Shown: positions 30,362 to 43,116 of the stretch, one piece after another
Position numbering within the stretch: the stretch's first letter is position 1
How the letters are laid out: each line of letters starts with the position of its first letter
Source of the DNA: Arthrobacter sp.
GTDB taxonomy: Bacteria > Actinomycetota > Actinomycetes > Actinomycetales > Micrococcaceae
Direction: 5' to 3'
DNA length: 64,000 nucleotides
NCBI GenBank assembly: GCA_040273995.1
Contig: JBELYP010000006.1
Location: 314 to 64,313, forward strand
The notes under the pieces: generated by a model
The model's database searches: none
What the model was told of the DNA's origin: nothing
The model's input: only the letters and a program-made list of their open reading frames with translations
Program-made: the position numbers and the translations under genes

Positions 30362-30852
30362 CGGGACCCGGCCGGCCGTTCGGCGGCATGACCTGGAGCA
30401 TCAAAGAGTCGCTCCTTGACTACGTGGGCCGCGCCCACGGCGAGGTGACGCTCGCGGACGGAGCGCTGTGCAACCAAGGTTCTTTTTCCTGGCCGTTGGC
30501 AGTTGCCAGCGGCCAGGAAGAGGACGGAACCCTCGAACTGAGATTCGACGGATCCGTCGTGCTGCAGGCACATGGCGGGATGTTCCAGGTCGGGTTCACC
30601 GATCTGGTCCTCCGGTTGGAGGCAGATGAGCTGCGCGTCCTCTCGGACGGTATCTCGGACGAGCCTTTCCTTACCGGGACCTACCGCAGGCTACCTGCCG
30701 AGTACGGCGTCGCGCTCATCTCCGACGCGCCCCGTCTGCTTGAAGCAGGAGTCGATGCCTTCGGCGGCAACTACGCCGCAGGCACTGCCTTCGACCCGCT
30801 CGTCGTCGTCTTTAACGAACCGGATTGGACGCTGTCCCGGCAGACGCCATAA
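30358..30852 (+). CDS. Stand-alone HtaA-like heme-binding domain protein
   Basis: WSIKESLLDYV, AHGGM and FGGNYAAGTAFDPL resemble HtaA motifs. No signal peptide; GTGA overlap with the reductase. Confidence 0.7.
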   Translation: MTGPGRPFGGMTWSIKESLLDYVGRAHGEVTLADGALCNQGSFSWPLAVASGQEEDGTLELRFDGSVVLQAHGGMFQVGFTDLVLRLEADELRVLSDGISDEPFLTGTYRRLPAEYGVALISDAPRLLEAGVDAFGGNYAAGTAFDPLVVVFNEPDWTLSRQTP

Positions 30853-30869
30853 GAACTGCCCCGCCGGGC

Positions 30870-32291
30870 TCAACACTCCACCACGTTCACGGCGAGGCCG
30901 CCCATGGCGGTTTCCTTGTACTTGGAGCTCATGTCCCGCCCGGTTTCCCGCATGGTCACAATGACTTCGTCCAGCGAGACGCGGTGCTCGCCGTCGCCCC
31001 ACAGCGCCATTTTGGCGGCGTTGACCGCCTTCCCGGCACCGATCGCGTTCCGTTCGATGCACGGCACCTGCACCAGTCCGCCGATCGGATCACAGGTCAG
31101 CCCCAGGTTGTGTTCCATGGCGATTTCCGCGGCGTTCTCAACCTGTTCGGGCGTTCCGCCCAAGATTTCGGCAAGGCCGGCGGCAGCCATGGACGACGCC
31201 GATCCCACCTCACCCTGGCAGCCCACCTCCGCGCCGGAAATTGAAGCCTGCTCCTTGTAGAGCACCCCGATCGCGCCGGCAGCGAGCAGGAAACGGACGA
31301 CGGCGTCGTCCTTCTGTTCCGGCGTGGCGGTGTCCATGCCGGGGCCGTAGTGCGTGGCGTAGAAAAGCACCGCGGGGATGATCCCGGCTGCGCCGTTGGT
31401 CGGCGCCGTGACCACCCGGCCGCCCGAGGCGTTTTCCTCGTTAACGGCCAGCGCCACCAGGTTGACCCATTCCTGCCAGAAGCGCGGGTCCCGCGTGGGA
31501 TCTTCTTCCCTCAGCCGCGTGTGCCACTGAGGTGCCCGGCGGCGCACCTTCAGCCCGCCGGGCAGCAGGCCGGTGCGGGAAATGGCTGAGTCCTTGCACT
31601 GGTCCATCACGTCGCAGATGTGCAGCAGCCCGGCACGGATCTCCGCCTCGGACCGGGAGACCAGTTCATTGGCCAGCATGACCTGGCTGATGGAGAGCCC
31701 GTTGGCGGTACAGTGACCGAGCAGTTCCGCGGCGGTGCGGAACGGGTACGGCAGGGACTCCTTGGAGGCTTCAAGCTCGACGGCGGCAGTCTCCTCCTCG
31801 CCGTCGCGCACTATAAACCCGCCGCCGACGCTGAAGAAGGTGGCTTCGTGGAGCATCTCGCCATCCGCGCCGCTGACGGCGAAGCGGATGCCGTTGGTGT
31901 GCCGCGGCAGGACAGTGAGCGGGTGCAGCACCATGTCCGCAATCCCGTATTCAAGGACCATGCCGCCGCCGCCGGCCGGCTCGAGCTGGCCGGCCAGCTC
32001 GATCTTGCCACTGGCTTCGATCTCCGCGAGCCGTTCTTCCATCTCAGCGGGGAGGATCTCTTCCGGAGCGAAGCCTTCAAGCCCCAGCAGGACGGCGGGA
32101 AAAGTGCCGTGCCCGCGGCCGGTCGCCGCGAGGGACCCGTAAAGGTCCACGCGGAGACCGGCCACGGAGGCAAGGACACCGGCTTCGGCGAGTTCCGCGG
32201 CGAAAGCCGCGCCGGCCCTCATCGGCCCCACGGTGTGGGAGCTTGAGGGGCCGATGCCTACGGTAAAGAGGTCGAATACGCCTACAGCCAT
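30870..32291 (-). CDS. sdaA: L-serine ammonia-lyase (Fe-S)
   Basis: [20 protein letters not shown] and LTCDP...VPCIERN. Confidence 0.95.
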   Translation of the reverse strand: MAVGVFDLFTVGIGPSSSHTVGPMRAGAAFAAELAEAGVLASVAGLRVDLYGSLAATGRGHGTFPAVLLGLEGFAPEEILPAEMEERLAEIEASGKIELAGQLEPAGGGGMVLEYGIADMVLHPLTVLPRHTNGIRFAVSGADGEMLHEATFFSVGGGFIVRDGEEETAAVELEASKESLPYPFRTAAELLGHCTANGLSISQVMLANELVSRSEAEIRAGLLHICDVMDQCKDSAISRTGLLPGGLKVRRRAPQWHTRLREEDPTRDPRFWQEWVNLVALAVNEENASGGRVVTAPTNGAAGIIPAVLFYATHYGPGMDTATPEQKDDAVVRFLLAAGAIGVLYKEQASISGAEVGCQGEVGSASSMAAAGLAEILGGTPEQVENAAEIAMEHNLGLTCDPIGGLVQVPCIERNAIGAGKAVNAAKMALWGDGEHRVSLDEVIVTMRETGRDMSSKYKETAMGGLAVNVVEC

Positions 32292-32315
32292 ACGGTGTCC
32301 TTTGGTTCGCGCCGA

Positions 32316-33617
32316 TTAGGCGCGGGCGGGTGCTCCGGCCAGGTCGGCGACCTGCGGGTAGAGCGGGTGGGCCGCGGCCAGGGCATGGACGCGGTCCTTG
32401 AGTGCGCTGAGGTCCTGGCCGTCGCCGGCGATGAGGGCCAGCGCAATGATGTCCGCGACTTCGCGGAACGCTGCCTCGTCGAAACCGCGGGTTGCCAGTG
32501 CCGGGGTTCCGATGCGCAGGCCCGAGGTAACCATGGGCGGCCGCGGATCGAACGGCACAGCGTTGCGGTTGACCGTGATGTCGATCTGCGCGAGGCGGTC
32601 CTCGGCCTGCTGGCCGTCGAGGTCCGCGTTGCGCAGATCCACAAGCACCAGGTGCACGTCCGTGCCCCCGGAGACCACGGAGATTCCCCTGGCGGCGACG
32701 TCGTCGGAAAGCAGGCGCTCGGCGAGAATCCGCGAGCCGGCCAGGGTGCGTTCCTGGCGTTCGCGGAACTCAGGCGTGGCGGCGATCTTCAGTGCGGTCG
32801 CCTTGCCGGCAATCACATGCTCCAGCGGGCCGCCCTGCTGGCCGGGGAACACCGCGGAGTTGATCTTCTTGGCAATGTCCGCGTCGTTGGAGAGGATGAT
32901 GCCGCCGCGCGGACCCGCGAGGGTCTTGTGCGTCGTGGAGGTCACCACGTGGGCGTGCGGAACCGGGCTGGGGTGCAGTCCGGCCGCAACCAGTCCGGCG
33001 AAGTGGGCCATGTCCACCATCAGGTAGGCACCCACCTCATCGGCGATGGCGCGGAACGCCTCGAAGTCCAGCTGGCGCGCGTAAGCGGACCAGCCGGCGA
33101 CGATCAGCTTCGGCTTGTGTTCACGAGCCAGGCGCGCGACGTCGTCCATATTCACGGTGTGGGTGGTTTCATCCACACCGTAGGGAACGATGTTGTACAG
33201 CCGGCCGGAGAAGTTGATCTTCATGCCGTGCGTCAGGTGGCCGCCGTCGGCCAGGGAAAGTCCCAGCACGGTGTCACCCGGACGGATCAGCGCATGCATC
33301 ACCGACGCGTTGGCCTGTGCACCGGAGTGCGGCTGGACGTTCGCGAAGCCGGCACCGAACAGCGCCTTTGCGCGGTCGATGGCCAGCTGCTCAATGACGT
33401 CTACGTACTCGCAGCCGCCGTAGTAACGGCGTCCCGGGTAGCCCTCGGCGTACTTGTTTGTCAGCACCGAACCCTGGGCTTCCATGATGGCCACCGCGGT
33501 GTGGTTCTCGGAGGCGATCATCTCCAGGCCGTCCTGCTGGCGGCGTCGCTCGTTGTCGATCTGCTCGGCAACCTCGGGATCAATCTCCGCGAGGCGGGAG
33601 TTCAGGAAATCGGTCAC
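32316..33617 (-). CDS. glyA: Serine hydroxymethyltransferase
   Basis: [20 protein letters not shown] and TTHKTL (PLP lysine). Confidence 0.97.
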   Translation of the reverse strand: MTDFLNSRLAEIDPEVAEQIDNERRRQQDGLEMIASENHTAVAIMEAQGSVLTNKYAEGYPGRRYYGGCEYVDVIEQLAIDRAKALFGAGFANVQPHSGAQANASVMHALIRPGDTVLGLSLADGGHLTHGMKINFSGRLYNIVPYGVDETTHTVNMDDVARLAREHKPKLIVAGWSAYARQLDFEAFRAIADEVGAYLMVDMAHFAGLVAAGLHPSPVPHAHVVTSTTHKTLAGPRGGIILSNDADIAKKINSAVFPGQQGGPLEHVIAGKATALKIAATPEFRERQERTLAGSRILAERLLSDDVAARGISVVSGGTDVHLVLVDLRNADLDGQQAEDRLAQIDITVNRNAVPFDPRPPMVTSGLRIGTPALATRGFDEAAFREVADIIALALIAGDGQDLSALKDRVHALAAAHPLYPQVADLAGAPARA

Positions 33618-33991
33618 AGCTCGCCGCCGTTCTTCTCTGCGTACTCGGCAGCGCTCAGCAGCTCACCCTCCTCCGTGACCTCAACGGTGAACAGCCAGCC
33701 CGCACCGTAGGGGTCTTCGTTCAGGATGGCCGGGTTGTCCACAGCTTCCTGGTTGACCTCAACGATGGTGCCGGACACCGGAGCGTACAGGTCCGAGACG
33801 GACTTGGTGGATTCAACCTCGCCGCAGGTCTCGCCTGCAGTGACGGTATCGCCGACGGCGGGAAGGTCAACGTAGACGACGTCGCCCAATGCGTCTGCGG
33901 CAACGGCGGAAATGCCGACCTTCACGGGGCTGGAGGAGTCCACCCACTCGTGTTCGGCGGAGTAGCGGAGGCCTTCAATAACTTTGCTCAT
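33614..33991 (-). CDS. gcvH: Glycine cleavage system H protein
   Basis: [12 protein letters not shown] (lipoyl lysine) and DPYGAGWL. Confidence 0.97.
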   Translation of the reverse strand: MSKVIEGLRYSAEHEWVDSSSPVKVGISAVAADALGDVVYVDLPAVGDTVTAGETCGEVESTKSVSDLYAPVSGTIVEVNQEAVDNPAILNEDPYGAGWLFTVEVTEEGELLSAAEYAEKNGGEL

Positions 33992-34059
33992 GGGGTGTGC
34001 CTTTCAAGTGGTGTGAACAACTGGTTCAAAGTCTACGGATATGGATGCTGCGTGCCTGG

Positions 34060-34200
34060 GGCAGACGGTACGGCATTCTGCCGCCCCTTAGCGTTTCCAG
34101 ATCCCGCCCTACTCCTCGCAAGCTCGGAGAGGGACCCTGGATCTTTCACTGCCTCGCTCGTTCCTCGCTCGGCGATGCGGGGCTACGCGAAAGGCCCCGC
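34060..34200. repeat. Multi-hairpin intergenic element (CTCGCAAGCTCG type)
   Basis: Nested stems AGATCC/GGATCT and CTCC/GGAG around CTCGCAAGCTCG, then CTCGCTCGTTCCTCGCTCG and GCGGGGC/GCCCCGC. Related element at 45653. Confidence 0.55.
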
Positions 34201-34237
34201 CTCCGCCGCTTCGAGTCCGACTGAAGTGCCATGTTCC

Positions 34238-34303
34238 CCCATCGAGAGGCCAGTTACGGCTGGTTTCAGGGCTGAAAAGAGCCGTAACTGGCCTCTCGAT
34301 GGG
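34238..34303. repeat. REP-like long palindrome
   Basis: Perfect 24-bp arms CCCATCGAGAGGCCAGTTACGGCT / AGCCGTAACTGGCCTCTCGATGGG around TTTCAG-GG-CTGAAA. Confidence 0.8.
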
Positions 34304-34312
34304 AGGGACGAG

Positions 34313-35434
34313 TTACTTGGCGCGCTTGTAGAAGGGGAGAGAGACGACCTCGAAGGGTTCGGGCTTGCCGCGGAGGTCGACGTCAAGGAGAGTGCCGGGC
34401 TCGGAGACGGCGGCATCGACGTAGGCCAGGGCAATCGGGTAGCCCAGGGTGGGGCTGGGAGCGCCCGAGGTGACTTCGCCGACGGGGCTGCCGTCCTGAA
34501 GGACCGGGTAGTGCGAACGGGCCGAACGGCGGCCGGACCCCTTCAGGCCAACCAGCCTGCGTGCCGGGGTCTGCTCCTTCTTGGCGGCGAAGGCCCCGCG
34601 GCCCACAAAGTCGCCGTCCTTGGACAGGGCAACGACGCCGCCGAGGCCGGCAGCGTACGGATCCAGGTCGAGGGAGAGCTCGTTGCCGTACAGCGGCATT
34701 CCGGCTTCCAGGCGGAGCGAGTCGCGGCAGGCCAGACCCGCCGGAACCAGTCCGCGGTCTTCGCCGGCGGCAAGGAGTGCCTGCCACAGGGCAGCGGCGT
34801 CGTCATTCGGAACGTAGATCTCGAAGCCGTCCTCGCCGGTGTAGCCGGTGCGGGCCACCAGGAGCCGGTGAGCGCTGTCCCCGACGGTCAGCTCAACCTG
34901 CGCTGCGGAATAATACTTCATTCCGGTGACCAGGTCCTGCTGGGCCGTGGGCACGAGTTCCAGCAGGATGGCTTCGGCTTCGGGGCCCTGGACGGCCACG
35001 AGGGAAGTCTCGGCCGTTTTGTCCTGCACAGCGACGTCGAACCCTTCGGCACGCGCGGCGAGTTCGGCCGCAACGGTGGCGGCATTGCCCGCGTTCGGAA
35101 CCACCAGGTAGGACTCTTCGCCCAGCCGGTAGCTGATCAGGTCATCGATGATCCCGCCGTCGGCGTTCGTGATCAGCGAGTACTTGGCACGGCCTACGGC
35201 CACGGCAGAAAGCTTGCCGGTCAGCGCGTAGTCCAGGAACGCGGCGGCCTGCGGGCCGGTGACCTCGACTTCACCCATGTGGGAAAGGTCGAACAGGCCG
35301 GCAGCCTTCCGGACGGCATGGTGCTCGGCCAGCTCGGAGCTGTACTTCAGCGGCATCTGCCAGCCGCCGAAGTCCGTGAAGGAAGCGCCCAGGCGTTTGT
35401 GCTCTTCGTAAAGTGCGGTGTACTGCTCAGTCAT
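34313..35434 (-). CDS. gcvT: Glycine cleavage system T protein (aminomethyltransferase)
   Basis: FGGWQMP, FDLSHMG, RTGYTGEDGFE and RDSLRLEAG. Confidence 0.97.
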   Translation of the reverse strand: MTEQYTALYEEHKRLGASFTDFGGWQMPLKYSSELAEHHAVRKAAGLFDLSHMGEVEVTGPQAAAFLDYALTGKLSAVAVGRAKYSLITNADGGIIDDLISYRLGEESYLVVPNAGNAATVAAELAARAEGFDVAVQDKTAETSLVAVQGPEAEAILLELVPTAQQDLVTGMKYYSAAQVELTVGDSAHRLLVARTGYTGEDGFEIYVPNDDAAALWQALLAAGEDRGLVPAGLACRDSLRLEAGMPLYGNELSLDLDPYAAGLGGVVALSKDGDFVGRGAFAAKKEQTPARRLVGLKGSGRRSARSHYPVLQDGSPVGEVTSGAPSPTLGYPIALAYVDAAVSEPGTLLDVDLRGKPEPFEVVSLPFYKRAK

Positions 35435-35447
35435 TGCGGCGTCCCCT

Positions 35448-38285
<2,838 letters not shown>

Positions 38286-38339
38286 GGGAAGCTCCAAGAG
38301 GCTGGCGAGGGTACGCCGAGACGACGGTTGGCTCCTCCC

Positions 38340-38530
38340 CGCTCTGTATTGGACCTGAGAGATTCCGCGGGTGTTATCCGCTTGCACCGTCGGTGAGGAG
38401 CCGGCACGCCGGTCCTGCTTTCCAGAGTTGCCTCGCCATGGCGGTACAGGGGCCTGAGAGATTCCCGGGGAGGGTTTGCTCCTACGGCGCCCGCGTCTGC
38501 ATTGCTGCGCGGGACTCTCCCGCCACGGCT
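38340..38530 (-). ncRNA. Tandem glycine riboswitch
   Basis: Minus strand reads GGGAGAG...CGCCGTAGGAGCAA...AATCTCTCAGG, then CTCTGGAAAG...CACCGACGGTGCAA...AATCTCTCAGG...ACAGAG: two aptamers directly upstream of gcvP. Confidence 0.93.
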
Positions 38531-38806
38531 GGTAAAGGCATATTCAATTGTGGCTGCACCCTGACTCTAGCCCGCGCGGCAGCCTCCTTCAAGGTATGAC
38601 CTGGGCCTCATCGCGGTCGCCGGAATCTGGTATACGTGCCCGTGCGCCCCGGCCGTCAAATTGACAGCGCACCGGCGACTGCCGAAACTAAAACGATCGG
38701 CGGTATCGCCGCATCTCATGAGGCTTCATTGGATATCTGAGCATATTGGTGTCAGCAGCGTGTCGTGCCGGCGGCATGCCACTCGGCGCCATGAGAAAGA
38801 ACCCCC

Positions 38807-40297
38807 ATGCCAGGTAGCTCCACCCCTGCTTCAACCACGGACCATTCAGCTGCGGTAACAAGTTCAAAGGACCCGGGCCTCGCGCGTTCGATGTCCAGCC
38901 GCCACATCCAGCTCCTCGCCATTGGCGGAGCAATCGGCACCGGTCTCTTTATGGGTTCGGGGAAAACCATCTCAGTGGCCGGCCCGTCCGTCATCTTCGT
39001 GTACATGATCATCGGCTTCATGCTGTATTTCGTGATGCGGGCAATGGGCGAGCTGCTCCTTTCCAACCTGCAGTACAAGTCCTTCAGCGACTTCGCCGCG
39101 GACCTGCTGGGCCCCTGGGCCGGGTTCTTCACCGGCTGGACCTACTGGTTCTGCTGGGTGGTCACCGGCATCGCCGACGTGGTGGCGATCGCCCACTACG
39201 TCACCTTCTGGTGGGCCGAAATTCCGCTGTGGATTCCGGCCCTGGCCTGCATTGTGCTGCTGGTGGCCCTGAACCTGCCGTCCGTGAAGGCTTTCGGTGA
39301 AACCGAGTTCTGGTTCGCCCTGATCAAGATCATCGCCATTCTGACGCTGATCGTGGTGGGCCTGGTCATGATCCTCACCCGCTTCGATTCCGGTGACGGT
39401 GCCACGGCAGGGTTTGAAAACCTCTGGGAAAACGGCGGATTCTTCCCCACCGGGCCCATGGGCTTTGTGGCCGGTTTCCAGATTGCCGTCTTCGCCTTCG
39501 TTGGCATCGAACTCGTGGGAACCGCCGCGGCGGAAACCAAGGACCCGGAGAAGAACCTGCCCAAGGCAATCAACTCCATTCCGCTGCGCATCATGCTCTT
39601 CTACGTAGGCGCCTTGGTGGTGCTTATGGCCGTGATTCCCTGGACACGCTTCACCGCAGATGAGAGCCCGTTCGTGGGCATGTTCGCTCTGGCCGGGCTG
39701 GGCATTGCGGCCGCCGTCGTCAATTTTGTGGTGCTGACCTCCGCCGCTTCTTCCGCGAACTCGGGCATTTACTCCACCTCGCGGATGGTCTTTGGCCTGG
39801 CGCACGACGGCGATGCCCCGGAGGCATTCGGGCGGCTGTCCCGCCGCCAGGTTCCGCGCAACGCACTCTTCTTCTCCTGCACGTTCCTGCTGGCCGGGGT
39901 TGTGCTGCTCTATGCAGGCGACTCGGTGAGCGAGGCCTTCACCCTGGTAACCACCATTTCGGCCCTGTGCTTTATGTTCGTGTGGACCATCATCCTGCTG
40001 AGCTACCTCGCTTACCGGCGCCGCCGTCCGCAGCTGCACCGGGAATCCACATTCAAGCTTCCCGGCGGCCGTGTGATGGTCTACGTGGTGCTGGCGTTCT
40101 TCGTGTTCATCGTGTGGGCCCTGACCACCCAGCCGGACACACTCACGGCCCTGCTGGTGACCCCCATCTGGTTTGCGCTGCTGGCCGGCGCCTATGCCCT
40201 GCTGCGCCGCACTCCGCTGCACCAGGCACGGGTGGCGGAATACAAGGCCATGGCCGAGGCCGAGCGGGAAGCCGTTCAACAGCTCAGCCGCGGGTGA
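38807..40297 (+). CDS. cycA: D-serine/D-alanine/glycine permease (APC family)
   Basis: RHIQLLAIGGAIGTGLFMGSG, FGETEFWFALIK and AGFQIAVFAFVGIE; divergent from gcvP. Confidence 0.85.
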   Translation: MPGSSTPASTTDHSAAVTSSKDPGLARSMSSRHIQLLAIGGAIGTGLFMGSGKTISVAGPSVIFVYMIIGFMLYFVMRAMGELLLSNLQYKSFSDFAADLLGPWAGFFTGWTYWFCWVVTGIADVVAIAHYVTFWWAEIPLWIPALACIVLLVALNLPSVKAFGETEFWFALIKIIAILTLIVVGLVMILTRFDSGDGATAGFENLWENGGFFPTGPMGFVAGFQIAVFAFVGIELVGTAAAETKDPEKNLPKAINSIPLRIMLFYVGALVVLMAVIPWTRFTADESPFVGMFALAGLGIAAAVVNFVVLTSAASSANSGIYSTSRMVFGLAHDGDAPEAFGRLSRRQVPRNALFFSCTFLLAGVVLLYAGDSVSEAFTLVTTISALCFMFVWTIILLSYLAYRRRRPQLHRESTFKLPGGRVMVYVVLAFFVFIVWALTTQPDTLTALLVTPIWFALLAGAYALLRRTPLHQARVAEYKAMAEAEREAVQQLSRG

Positions 40298-41138
40298 ACT
40301 TGAGGTAGCGGCGGGCCGAATCCTGGACGATCCGGTCCGCACCGCGGGGAAGGATATAGTCCCACCACGCCCCGTACAGCCGTTCGTAGGACAGCGGTGC
40401 CAACAGTTCGGCCGCCGCCTCCACCACATCCGGGCGCTCGGGAATCAGGTTGGGATAGCTGTACATAAAGGCAACGTGGCTGAAGTCCGGGATCACCTGG
40501 ATGATGTCGCCGCTGAAGAGGGCCCCTGCTCCGTCCGGGTCGTCTTCCCAGTGCATCACCGTGCCCCCGGGGAAATGGATGCCGGGGCGGTAAAGGAACA
40601 GGCCCGCTGCGAGTTCCATGCGGTCCCCGTCCCAGAACTGCAGGGCGGGGTCGCTGCGCCCCACCCATTCGCGGTCCGCGCTGTGCAGGTAGACCGGAAC
40701 CGCGAATTCCCGGGCCCAGTCCACCATGGTGGCGTAGTAATGCGGGTGGCTGATGGCTATCGCTGTCAGCCCGCCCTCGGCGTTAATAAGGTCGATCAGC
40801 TCCTCATCGAGGTACGGCACGCAGTCCCAGAGCACGTTGCCGTCTGCAGCCTTCACCAGCAGGGCCCGTTGCCCAATGGCGAATTTGGGTTCGCACCCGA
40901 TTCCCAGCACACCCGGGCTCTGCGGATGCACACTGGCCCGCCGGGCTCCGGAGCGCAGGCGGGACAGGGAGGTCCAGGCCTGACCGGTGAGCGGCACGTA
41001 CTGCCGTTCGTCCAGGCACACCGGACAGTCAGCGCGAGGTTCACCGTACTGGGTCCCGCACGTGACACAGATGGGATAGTCGTTCGGAGGCAGCGCCTCC
41101 CGATAATGCTGCACCATGGTCGTAAACCCGTCCGTCAC
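40284..41138 (-). CDS. Metallo-beta-lactamase-fold hydrolase with N-terminal Cys motifs
   Basis: CVTCGTQY...CPVCLDERQY, ISHPHYY, HFPG and SGD. Confidence 0.85.
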   Translation of the reverse strand: MTDGFTTMVQHYREALPPNDYPICVTCGTQYGEPRADCPVCLDERQYVPLTGQAWTSLSRLRSGARRASVHPQSPGVLGIGCEPKFAIGQRALLVKAADGNVLWDCVPYLDEELIDLINAEGGLTAIAISHPHYYATMVDWAREFAVPVYLHSADREWVGRSDPALQFWDGDRMELAAGLFLYRPGIHFPGGTVMHWEDDPDGAGALFSGDIIQVIPDFSHVAFMYSYPNLIPERPDVVEAAAELLAPLSYERLYGAWWDYILPRGADRIVQDSARRYLKFTRG

Positions 41139-41237
41139 CAGGTAAGGCCGAAGTGCCGTTCAGGCTACCGTGCACCCCCGCCGTGGAACACCGTGGACGG
41201 GGAGATCAGCCGGTCCGGTGAATAACGATTTGGCAAC

Positions 41238-41855
41238 TCAGTAGACGACGGTACCGGTGGACTCTACCGTGTTCCCGAGCTGCGCCGGACGCCTGCTGAC
41301 GTCCAGCGAAATTCCGGCCGTGTGCAGCGGAACTTCCAGGGCTCGGCTGAGGTTTGCCAGTACGTCGGTGCGGACCCGGCGCAGCGCCTCCTGAACATCC
41401 GCCCGCTCATTCAGCGTCAGGCGCATGGCGAGGTCCGGGGACTCCGCGGTTCCGCGCAGCAGCGCCGTGCTGCTGACCACGCCGGGCAGCGACCCGGCGT
41501 CGTCCTCCACCGCCGCAGCCAGCACCGCCGGATCACACCGGGTGATTCCGCGCGCAGCATCCTCATGGAGGCGGTAGGTGGCAGCGGTCCTGCGGCGCGG
41601 AACCTCAGCCAGCATCCACCACAGGCCCAGCAGTCCCAGGATGAGGCCGCCGATCAGCACGGCAGCAGCCGGGACAGTTTCCAGCACTCCGGGACCGTCC
41701 GTGAGGACCGGATCCTCTGCGCCGGCGAGGCTGCCCCCGGAGAGCTGGTCCATGAGTCCCGTAGAGAAGAGGATCGAGGCTGTTCCTGCAGCCAGCAGGA
41801 GGACTCCGATGATGATTAGCCACGTCCGGTTCATGGCTCCTGCATGGTGTCGCAT
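41238..41855 (-). CDS. AmaP-like membrane anchor protein
   Basis: Two N-terminal TM segments plus a soluble domain; last gene of the Asp23 cluster. Confidence 0.65.
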   Translation of the reverse strand: MRHHAGAMNRTWLIIIGVLLLAAGTASILFSTGLMDQLSGGSLAGAEDPVLTDGPGVLETVPAAAVLIGGLILGLLGLWWMLAEVPRRRTAATYRLHEDAARGITRCDPAVLAAAVEDDAGSLPGVVSSTALLRGTAESPDLAMRLTLNERADVQEALRRVRTDVLANLSRALEVPLHTAGISLDVSRRPAQLGNTVESTGTVVY

Positions 41856-41881
41856 GCTGTGTCCTTCCCGTTACTCCGGGG

Positions 41882-42469
41882 TCAGTCCCGTGAGCGGATG
41901 GAAACCCGGACCCGCGGGACGGGATCCAGGCCGGAGGCCGCCAGGCGTGAATGCACCCCGTCGCCGACCCACCGCTCCAGGTCCCGGGTGTCATGCAGGG
42001 CGGTGGTGACCGAGACCCGTACGTCACGGTCTGTGGCAGTTGCCGAGGCAGAGGAAACTCCGTCGATGTGTTCACATGTGGCAGCCGCCAGCTGCGCCAC
42101 GGCGCGGCGGGACATCACGGCAGAGGGTTCATCAAGTGTTGCCGCCTCCGCTCCCGCGTCCCCGGTGGCGGGAAAACGGACCGTCAGGTCATGGAAGCGG
42201 CCGGGAATGATGCCGGCCAGCAGCAGCACCAGGCCGGCCACGGCGAGCGCGATGCCCAGCGCCCAGACTCCGGGACTGTTCCAGGCTGAGTCGGCCAGCC
42301 ACTGCACCGGCGCCGTGACCGCTTCCGGCCAGGTACCCGAGGTCAGCCGAAGCAGCGCCGCCACAACGGCGGCTGCCCCCAGTGCCAGGAGCACGACGGC
42401 GCAGATGGTGGCGGGCACGGAGCGGCTGGGCCGCGGGCGGAGGGCCACCGGCGGCGATTCGGCGCTCAC
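41882..42469 (-). CDS. Membrane protein of the Asp23 operon (DUF6286-like)
   Basis: Two TM helices then a soluble domain. GTG 42469 overlaps the upstream stop; alternative start 42514. Confidence 0.65.
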   Translation of the reverse strand: MSAESPPVALRPRPSRSVPATICAVVLLALGAAAVVAALLRLTSGTWPEAVTAPVQWLADSAWNSPGVWALGIALAVAGLVLLLAGIIPGRFHDLTVRFPATGDAGAEAATLDEPSAVMSRRAVAQLAAATCEHIDGVSSASATATDRDVRVSVTTALHDTRDLERWVGDGVHSRLAASGLDPVPRVRVSIRSRD

Positions 42470-42870
42470 AGCAGTTTCCGCCGTCCGGTCGAGGCCGGCC
42501 GGGGCCGCAGCCATGCCACGGTGATGTCCACCTGCCGCACCTGCACCCCGGTCAGCTCGGTGACCCGTCCGGCGATCCGCTCGCGCAGCTCATGGGTGGC
42601 CCGGCGCAGCGGAACCGGATAGGGCAGCCCCACGGTGACCCGCAGGCTGGCGATGTTGCCGGCCAGCTCCACTGAAGCCTCGGGACGGGCGGAGAAATCC
42701 GCCCGCGATCCCAGGCCCAGAAACCCGCCGGAGGAGCCCCCGGCCTCGGTTTCATCCAGTGCCACCTGGCTGGCGATCTTCTCCAGGACCTTCCGGGACA
42801 TCGAAGTGCTGCCCCGGTCTTCGACGGCCAGCCGCGGGCGGCGTACTGCGCTCACTTCAGTGGTGGTCAT
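42466..42870 (-). CDS. Asp23/Gls24 family protein
   Basis: RGSTSMSRKVLEKIA, YPVPL and VTELTGVQVRQVDITV. Confidence 0.8.
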   Translation of the reverse strand: MTTTEVSAVRRPRLAVEDRGSTSMSRKVLEKIASQVALDETEAGGSSGGFLGLGSRADFSARPEASVELAGNIASLRVTVGLPYPVPLRRATHELRERIAGRVTELTGVQVRQVDITVAWLRPRPASTGRRKLL

Positions 42871-43046
42871 CGGCTCGCGGCACGGCCAAAGAGGCCTGCC
42901 ATGTCCAGCTTGCCGTCAGCCACCAGACCCACCAGCAGGCCGATCAGGCCGAAGAGGACCGTGACGAGGAAGGCGAACCACCCCCCGAAGGCCAGCACAA
43001 TACCCAAAACCAGACCTACTACCAGGCACCATCTTGTTGCGTTCAT
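42867..43046 (-). CDS. Small membrane protein (59 aa, DUF2273-like) missing from the ORF track
   Basis: MNATRWCLVVGLVLGIVLAFGGWFAFLVTVLFGLIGLLVGLVADGKLDMAGLFGRAASR; AAGGAG RBS and ATGA overlap with the next gene. Confidence 0.8.
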   Translation of the reverse strand: MNATRWCLVVGLVLGIVLAFGGWFAFLVTVLFGLIGLLVGLVADGKLDMAGLFGRAASR

Positions 43047-43116
43047 CGGTGCTCTCCTTAGGACGAATTCCTGCGTTGCGGCTTAGGCCCGGCGGCTGCT
43101 GGGCTAAGCCCTTGCC

